A stretch of DNA of 62,567 bases, counting the filler, from Basidiobolus ranarum (Eukaryota), in NCBI GenBank assembly GCA_040143965.1. It is 23 parts of 23 records of this genome, joined end to end, with 100 filler letters (N's around TTAATTAATTAA, not from the genome) between each part and the next. Parts side by side here need not be neighbours in the genome. Positions count along the whole stretch, not along the records: positions 54,514 to 57,132 come from JASJQH010010013.1; positions 57,233 to 59,850 come from JASJQH010010014.1; positions 59,951 to 62,567 come from JASJQH010010015.1; 20 more parts are not named here. One strand, 5' to 3'. The notes under the pieces were generated by a model, which worked only from the letters and a program-made list of their open reading frames with translations, had not been told where the DNA came from and searched no databases. Below are positions 54,514-62,567 of this stretch, in pieces. Numbering within the stretch: position 1 is the stretch's first letter; each line of letters opens with the position of its first letter. Both the position numbers and the translations under genes were made by a program.

Positions 54514-55345
54514 CCGGCCAGGTTCCAGTCATTGCATAGATCAAACTACCAACCACAGATTGATAAGGGAACTCAGGGCTTTCAAAAGACATATTTTGAG
54601 CCATATTTGGCTGATTTTTATGATTTTTGATGGGATTTTCAACTAGTTTGACATCTGGATCCTGTTGAAATTAGGTAAATAGCAACTCATTATTTAGTAG
54701 TTAGTTTATTCATATTCTGATTATTTAGCACTCAATTCTGTCATTCAAAAATATGCGTTTATTGCTCTAATTGATAGAAATATCAATTAGATCACTTTTA
54801 CCAATTTTCACTATTTTCTCAAAACTTCTCCAAATCATCTCAAATTTTCACCCATGCCTAACAAGCATGTTTGTTATGATCTAAGCACATCCAATAGTGC
54901 AATTTCATAGTAAAGTATAAATAGGACATATTCAAGTCAATAAAACTTAAGCGTTTAATTCACAAATCCAATTCCTGTCCAAAACACTTCCTAATCCCCT
55001 AAACACTTTTATCAGATTCATGGGAGTTGCTACTGGCTTACAATTCTCCATCTTGTAACATCTGAGAATGTCTGAGATGTATTTAGATCAACTCAGAGTA
55101 ATTGATTTGCTCAATATATCTGTATGGATCTGCAGGCCTAAAAAATATGTAAGTTCACCTAAGTCAGTCATCTTGAATTGGACTGAAAGATCTCTTTTGG
55201 TATTCCTGAAAGCTTCAGCATTATTGGTAGCTATAATCAGATCATTTGCATATAAGGCAAATATCACCTGAACGTCCTTATCTTTCTTAAAGTAGATCTC
55301 AAAATCTATCATACTCTTGTGGAAATCAAGTGATCTTATTCTCAC
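54514..55345 (-). mobile_element. Copia RT fragment containing a solo LTR-B (54663-55014, +; TSD GATCC/GATTC)
   Basis: ALYANDLII, FKMTDLGELTYFLG, PYQSVVGSLIYAM; LTR TGTTG...TATCA. Confidence 0.88.
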
Positions 55346-55484
55346 TGTGAACAGTAACAGTAGTCAGCTATTAGCCAAGTGTCAGTGATATTCAAATTTC
55401 AGATGTTTACCAATTTTTCCACCATTGGTTTGCTTGTAAAGCATATTGATGTTGTTGAGTTATTTCCAATCATTCAAGTATGTG

Positions 55485-57132
55485 TGTCACAATAAGGAAC
55501 TGGACAAGAAGTGGAAACAATGACAAGAGGCTAGAAGGCAGGAGAGTACTTGGATGTAGACCACAAGATAAGAGAAGACAAGACTAGACAAGGAAGATAC
55601 TTTGGCAAGAATCTTTACTGCTAACTGGCATTGATCAGACCTCAGTCTGATCAAGGAATGCATGGGGCTTATATATATATTGCAGGGTCAAACATAATAT
55701 ACTCAATAGGGAATATACTGTGGCAAGTTCAAGTGTTGAGGTGTTGAGGACTACAACAACCAATACAAAGAGGGATGATGTAAGGATGATCAGGGGACCT
55801 TCCATGGAAGGTCTTGGTGGAAATACACTATGTGTTGGTTGACATGATTGGTTAGATTTCATGGAATGTTTCAAAGAACATGACTTCCATATAAGGTAAC
55901 CTAGATGAACTAACATGAGAATGCCAAGAAGGGATGGTACAGCAGATATGATGTCATAATGTAATAATAGAAGAACGCTATTTGTAGTATATCAATAAGC
56001 CAAGATCAGAATCATGACAATATCCCCTTCTTTAGTGATGGCTTCCAGACATGATAGGGCCAGGTTTTCTGGATAGGCTTCATGAAAGTCATGGCAAAGT
56101 TCCTTAGAATTGGAAAGATTTGTTGCTGGCTCCCATCATTACTCATTTGTTGAATATCCCTTCCAGTCCACTAAATATTGCAATTTACATTGATAAATTT
56201 TTGAATCTAGAATTTTGCTAACTTCATATTCAGGATGTTCTTCCATTTGGATTGCTGGGGGTGGGTCAATGGATCAGCCCTGGAAGGTGCTTCTGGCATG
56301 TGGCTCTAAGAGAGACACATGGAAAACATTGTGGACTTTGAAATGGGCTGAGAGTTCAAGGCTGAAGGCTACTGAATTGATTTGCTTAATAATCTTAAAT
56401 GGCCCTAGTCTTTCATGATCAAGTTTATCACAAGGTCTAGTGGTTTTGATACTTTTCTGGAGTAGCCAAATATAATCTCTGGGCTTGAGATCTGGACTTG
56501 GCTTTCTTTTCTTATCAGTAAAGTTCTTGTATTGGGATTGAGCATGCTCCAACTCAGATATTAATTGCTTATGGATGTTCTCAAGGAATGCAGCATGGTC
56601 TGAGGCAGCAGGGCAAGGTAGGTCAGATGGTGGGTGAATTGTGAAACAAGGATGGAATCCATAATTTGCAAAGAAAGGAGTTTGTTTTGTTGAGGTATGA
56701 TAAGAGTTCTTGTAAGCAAATTCAGCAAGAGGCAAGAGTTGTGTCCAATTATCCTGATTATAGTTGATGGTGCATTGCAAATATTGTTCCAAACTTGATT
56801 GACTTTTTCTGTTTGGCCATCAGATTGGGGATGGAAGGCTGTGGAGAGATTGACAGAGATACCCAAGGTACGGCAGAGACTTTTCCAGAATATGGAAGCA
56901 AACTGAGGTCCTTGGTCAGAGATGATAGTTTCAGTGAGTCCATGTAGGCAGAAGATGTTTTGAGTTACCAATTCTGCTGTTTGTTTTGCATCAATTGACT
57001 TGTTGCAGGGCACAAAGTTGGTCATCATTGTTAGATGGTCAACAATTACCAGAATTGAATCATATTTGGCAGACAAGGGTAGATCAGTTATGAAATCCAG
57101 GGATATGGATTTTCACTCCCGATCAGGAATTG
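55485..57132 (-). mobile_element. Chromovirus 3' part: integrase, GPY/F-like motif, chromodomain, PPT, LTR 55485-56019; inserted in a CACTA fragment (55350-55484)
   Basis: [61 protein letters not shown]. Confidence 0.93.
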
Positions 57133-57421
57133 NNNNNNNNNNNNNNNNNNNNNNNNNNNNNNNNNNNNNNNNNNNNTTAATTAATTAANNNNNNNNNNNN
57201 NNNNNNNNNNNNNNNNNNNNNNNNNNNNNNNNCTTGACAAATATGGATTTATTTCTCAACACGTGATCCTTTCTCTCCATCCAACTAGGATCTAGGCATG
57301 TAGGAAGGTGAAGGAAAGCAAGAACTACCTAACCAGTAATAATTCGCCTAAAAAAAAGGGTATACGGATGCTCATATTGCCATTGTATATGAAATCTATT
57401 CTTCCTCGTAAAAATATTTCT

Positions 57422-58099
57422 ATGTCCTATGAGAATCATGTATTTGCGCTCCATCTTTTTGGCACTAGTTTCCTAACGACTTCAGATGTTTTCCCACGGG
57501 TATGTAACCTACGCACATTAGACCACTTATCTACTAATATAATATTAATTCTCGTAACACAGCTTTGGGATACTCTTCAAATCCTCTCGTATTGCAACAA
57601 ACGTCAGCAACTACCCTCGTACAATATAGTTGATGTAGTTTCATACGTTCTACTATTCATCCACTGTGCTCTGTATTACTGGTATAGAAATGACAGAATA
57701 AGAGGTGCTCGAATTTGTATACGATCGGCTTGGTGCTGCGTCATGATCTCTATTCTTTGCACCATGATAAATGTTTATATCTTCCGGAATGCAGATGCGG
57801 TTTGCAAAGACTTGAGTAGCAACACTGAAGTGGGAGAGTATACCAAAAGTGGATATCGAACTTTATTTCAAAACGTAAGTACTCTACTGATCCATCAATT
57901 TTCCTTTTATTTTGCTGACTAAACGTTCCATTAGATTTTATTCGTGATGCAGGCTCAATGCTACAACCCATTAGTTATTAACAACACCCAAGTGGAAATG
58001 GGCAAATCCCAAATGGAGTTGGGTGAATCCAGGTGCATTCAACCTAGTTCTTCCTCCAGGTATATTTCAATGCTATTGTTTGCTTTGTTAACCTTTTGA
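57422..58099 (+). CDS. Putative multi-pass membrane protein, introns ~57500-57562 and ~57876-57934; 3' end uncertain, possibly degenerate
   Basis: Open frame with hydrophobic segments and GTATGT/GTAAGT donors. Confidence 0.45.
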
Positions 58100-59409
58100 T
58101 TGATATTTACTACCGTGCGCTCTTACTATATATCAGTACAAAGGCTCTTACACTTCCAGAACTAAAGCAAGTATCAAATATCCAAGCTTGTAAGCCAAAC
58201 GAAGGCCTAATATGCTTGTGTGCCCTATCTCATACTGTCGTCGTATATATGGTTTTGACTAAATTGATATAAAGAAGAGTAATTTCTTAATTATCTTTTG
58301 TTTGATCTTTGTCTTGGTGCCTAGGTACTTGTTTACTTAAAACATAACTTCACGTAAACCTTGTAGTCCTTGTATATTGAATATTTCCGTACTGTCACTT
58401 CTCGCACAGTTACCAGAATAAAGATTCGTTCACGAAGACTTGAGAAAGAAAACTGAAATGGAAGAGTATATTGAGAAGCAATATTTGCTTTTACTTTTAG
58501 TTTTTTATCTACGAACTTTCTATTTATGTGACTAAATGTTTCAATAGAATGTAAATGATATCACACAAGGGTTAGTTTCCTGAACGTAGCGACTCCATCA
58601 GAATAATAGAGATCTTGGAAAGCAAAGTAAAACATTTCGTCCGTAGGTATGATCTCAAGGCACTAAATCAGCATCTAATAAACAATGAGGGGAAGCAGTA
58701 TCAATGCATGCATTAGTCATTCATTAGTGTTTGATCTTAATCGATGTATTTAACGTATCCAAACTATGGAATTTACATACATTGAAAATATCAGACTATA
58801 AATTAGGTGCAGGTAGCGCATAAACTCAATTTTGTTATGAATATGGAAGGTGTTTTAAGAAATGGAGTTCTTGTGAACTTGAGCGACATGTATTAATTGT
58901 CAGGAAATAATTGATCAAGATACAAAATACAATGAGGTTATGTTTAGAACATTTGTGGGAGTAAAATGAGCTATCTTGAGATTAATTTGGCCAACTTTAC
59001 CAATCCTTGGATAATACAATTTTCAAATAAGCAATAAATGACAAACAATATATGATAACATACAAATACACATGAAATATTTAGGTGTAAACAGTTGGGG
59101 ATAATACACATGATCAATGTTACAATCTTCAACAAATTTTACACTTGATGCTTCTCCCTTTGTCTTACCACTATTGATCCATTTCACTCGTGGATTTGGG
59201 GCAGGTATATTCCGGTGGTTTGGAGTACATTGTAAAGCAGCACTTACGAGTTGTGGGTAAAGAATATGAATATACTTCTCATTCTACGTAAAACTCTCAC
59301 TTTGAGTAGTGCCATTAATATCCTCTTACCATGGGTAATGACCAATGAATATCTAATAGATTATGCCTCGCCCTTAACTTTTGGACCGGAGCATTGCTTA
59401 TGCTCAGTA

Positions 59410-59826
59410 TCAAGTACATTTTGATGATCGTGTATTTCATTTGCCTTAGTGGAATAACACTAACCTTGGAGAATACTGGCGGGTATAGAATCAATCAGTG
59501 TATAAGTTTTTCAAACGTCATACTTACCTAACATTACGATGTACTGGTATATCTCACTTTAGTGCTGTGTGTGTGGCTTTCTTTATTTCGGCTATACTTC
59601 ACGAATTACTTATTGGTACTCCCACACACATTGTATCAGGACTAGCTTTCTGGGGAATGTTGGGACAGATTCCAATGATAATGCTAACAGGAATGATCAG
59701 TCAAAAAATCCCCACCTCTAGTACCAGGAACATTGTATTTTAGGTTTCCTTCTGTATCGTGGGTCAACCTTTCATGGTTGTCAGTTACTACTATCAATGG
59801 AATAAGAAATACTATTTGAATAATTA
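59410..59826 (+). pseudogene. MBOAT acyltransferase (DGAT1-like) C-terminal pseudogene fragment
   Basis: FDDRVFHLP*WN..EYWRV*NQSVYKFFKRHTY..FFISAILHELLIGTPTH..AFWGMLGQIP..NIVF*VSFCIVGQP; TAG at 59447, 59486 and 59741 where DGAT1 has Trp. Confidence 0.87.
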
Positions 59827-59950
59827 AATTAATCGCTTCATGTGTAAACANNNNNNNNNNNNNNNNNNNNNNNNNNNNNNNNNNNNNNNNNNNNTTAATT
59901 AATTAANNNNNNNNNNNNNNNNNNNNNNNNNNNNNNNNNNNNNNNNNNNN

Positions 59951-60115
59951 ATTGTCTGTGACGAGGATGCTACTCATGAGCTTCACGTCAAGACAGTGAA
60001 GTACTTCAAGTCTATTGAACAAGTTCACGAGCAACTCATCGGTAAAGAGAATATCGACCTTCAGGGAGCGGTTAAGCACTTTGATGCAGCTACTTTCATG
60101 GACAGAACTCTCTAA
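59951..60115 (+). CDS. NAG1: Glucosamine-6-phosphate deaminase, C-terminal part
   Basis: IVCDEDATHELHVKTVKYFKSIE..., the GNPDA/NagB C-terminal signature; absent from the ORF track. Confidence 0.93.
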   Translation: MVCDEDATHELHVKTVKYFKSIEQVHEQLIGKENIDLQGAVKHFDAATFMDRTL

Positions 60116-60478
60116 GTAATTACGTATGTATAGGAGAAAAGAAATATAGTTTACTCTTGTATTATTTGATTGACAATTCTCTTTAGAATAATAATAAACG
60201 TCTCTATGCTGTATACTTGTATTTGACATCTATCACAATTTACTAGAGTCTGTTAAGCTTCGTTGAGAGTGATCCTGATCAAACAAAATTGTTACCAAAT
60301 TCATAGTAGATTATACCACACTATAAACGATCCAATAATGAGGTATTTGTTTACATTTGAACCAACAGTTACATAGATGCGGTCCAGGTGAAAATTAAGT
60401 AAACAAATATCGACATGAAAGTTACTGCATTTTCTTGTTGTCCGTTTTTCCTGTCGAAATACTACCAATTTGTTCGTT

Positions 60479-60935
60479 ATGGTGCAGATATTATTGCCCG
60501 CCACCCCCAACACCAGTACACAAGATCATAGTAGAGAGATGATATTATTCGAGCTACAAGGATCTTTGGAAACAAGTTTGGAAGATATGAAAAGTGTGAA
60601 AATGGGGGACATTACCTACAATTCACAAGTAAGTTAATGAAAGCAGTGCTTTTATCTTGATTTACTTATTTGACATTATATTTAACATATTTCTCCAGGG
60701 AAATCCCATTTTACACATAGGTAATCATATGATAGAAGGATCCATAAATAAACTTCGCAAACCCTTGGCTTTAATAAGGAAGTTGGAAAAGGAAAAGCTG
60801 AGTAATAGCCAGATTGCCGATACTGATCACCTGGAGTATAGAATGGTGTCACTCATTCGACAGAAATACGTATTTAAAGCTAGACCTGATCCAATTGTTA
60901 CTGAAGATTACAGAGGCATTGCGGTATTGAAATGA
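60479..60935 (+). CDS. CTF8: Chromosome transmission fidelity protein 8 (128 aa; intron 60629-60698)
   Basis: FELQGSLE..MGDI..|GNPILHIGNHMIEGSINKLRKPLALIRK..YRMVSLIRQKYVFKARPDPIV. Confidence 0.9.
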
Positions 60936-62093
60936 AGCGTTTGAGATCTTATATATATCGTAGTTTAAGTACAGTTATTATTTTATTTTGAAAGTGATCC
61001 TGTGATCCACGTTCTATTGTATAAATACAAAATTTTTCAGGTGACATTACTTTGGTTTTCAAATACAAGTAAAACATAAAATTAACATTGTAGAAGGCTG
61101 TAAATTTCGCATTTAGCGGGAAATGTCTTGTACAAGAGTGAAAGTAAGAATATGAAGTAGATGGTAGGATATACAAAGGAGATGGATGATCTCTGTCGTT
61201 GTGCCAATAGTAGAGGCGATAGGATTTTTGATCTCAAAAATTATTGAGGAAGCGAGTGTGTGGTGAAAAGAGTGATATGCTGCAAGTAAAATGAGATAAT
61301 ATTCATCAAGAAACGCATAAAGACTGAATTCTTGGAGTGCCGCTTTTACATTATTGACTCCATACAACGGAGTAATACAGGAAAAACTAAATCGAGACAC
61401 CCACTAATACTGGTTAGCCAAGTTGACATACGCATCCATAATTTACACAACTGGAAGAAAGCAGGATGTGGCTTGTCAGCTTACTTTACTAATCTATCTT
61501 TGCATATTTAAAGCCATCCAATCCCGGAACATCACAGTAGTATCGGTCGGAATCCTTGATCTATCCGGAGTTGGGAAACTTGCCAGATGCCTTTTGGTTT
61601 GCTCGTGGCATGGCTCCGTCAAATGAATCTAGATACTTGGGTACAAACGATCGAAGGAATTTATTTTCTTATTAGAGAAGCAAATTCCAAAAGCAAATTC
61701 CACAACTACCAATTCCTTATAAATGCCACTTACTAATTTATCTGATTAAACAATTACCAATCTGATAAATTTGGATACTAGGGAATCCAGATACCTCATG
61801 CCGATCCAGATACTATATATTGCTACGTCAAATCATTGCCAATGAAAATTCAATAGCAGGGAGAGGATTGCTGAATTTGACTGAAGTTAGTATCCGAACG
61901 CGTAAAATGGAAATTCCTGGTCAAAGGCAACCATTGGCATGCTTGATTGGAGGAATCTGCGAGTTAGGTCATCAAGGTAGTAGGCCAATCCCGTATTACA
62001 AAACTTTACCGATTGGTACCTATATATGATCTCTGTGGGCCTACAACATCGAAACAAAATTGGACATCTCATCCTTAATTTACATCTGCAAGT

Positions 62094-62567
62094 ATGTCCA
62101 CTCAGGGCAAAGTCATTAAGATAACCAACGCTCGTATTGTGCGAGATGGTAAAATCATCACCGGTGAAAATATCTACGTAAAGGATGGTAAATTCATTGA
62201 TGGCAAGAGTTTCTTCTGGGACGACCAAGCTGTGCCGGATCTAGTCCTCGATGCCGAAGATGCTATCCTATCACCTGGTTACGTTGATATCCAGTTGAAC
62301 GGTGCTGTTGGTGTTGATTTCACTGCTGATCGTGAGACTCTCGCTGAAGGTCTCGACAAAGTCTCCAAGGCTGTTCTGAAGTGGGGTTGTACCGCCTACT
62401 GTCCCACTCTTGTCAGTTCTCACCCTAATGTTTACGCTGAGTCAATGCACTTGCTCGGACCTCGTCAAGGTAGTGTTGAAAATGGAGCTGAAATCCTCGG
62501 TGCTCATCTTGAGGGACCTTTCATTTCTCCTTTGAAGTTCGGTGCTCACGATGTTGAAACACTCCGT
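62094..62567 (+). CDS. DAC1: N-acetylglucosamine-6-phosphate deacetylase, N-terminal 158 aa
   Basis: LSPGYVDIQLNGAVGVDF, GCTAYCPTLVSS, ILGAHLEGPFIS..GAH; absent from the ORF track (no stop in window). Confidence 0.96.
   Translation, partial: MSTQGKVIKITNARIVRDGKIITGENIYVKDGKFIDGKSFFWDDQAVPDLVLDAEDAILSPGYVDIQLNGAVGVDFTADRETLAEGLDKVSKAVLKWGCTAYCPTLVSSHPNVYAESMHLLGPRQGSVENGAEILGAHLEGPFISPLKFGAHDVETLR

Noticed and set aside
61050..61650. Possible gene between CTF8 and DAC1
   Set aside because: No consistent spliced frame or motif.
57233..62567. DGAT1 relic or membrane gene as part of the NAG cluster
   Set aside because: Separated by a linker at 59851-59950; different contigs.

Overview
This is not one continuous locus. 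It is 23 short contigs (2633 down to 2617 bp, sorted by size) joined by 22 artificial 100-bp linkers (44 N + TTAATTAATTAA + 44 N), so adjacency across linkers means nothing. The source is a eukaryote with short GT-AG introns; the host genes suggest an early-diverging fungus (inference; Zoopagomycota/Mucoromycota-like). About half the contigs are nested, decayed, strongly CpG-depleted transposons. These comprise a CACTA/EnSpm (CMC) family with CCCTAACA termini and a head-to-head accessory ORF, Ty1/copia families primed by half-tRNA-iMet, a chromodomain Ty3/gypsy family and a hAT-like MITE. Host genes: Yak1-like kinase, 40S rpS14, adenylate kinase, an N-BAR protein, CTF8 lying between the GlcNAc catabolic genes NAG1 and DAC1, a tandem pair of unknown small secreted proteins, and several unknown proteins. 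Several host genes are pseudogenes (RNase T2, MoaA/MOCS1, DGAT1, tRNA-Pro), with repeated Trp-to-stop transitions. All calls are by eye; no searches were run.
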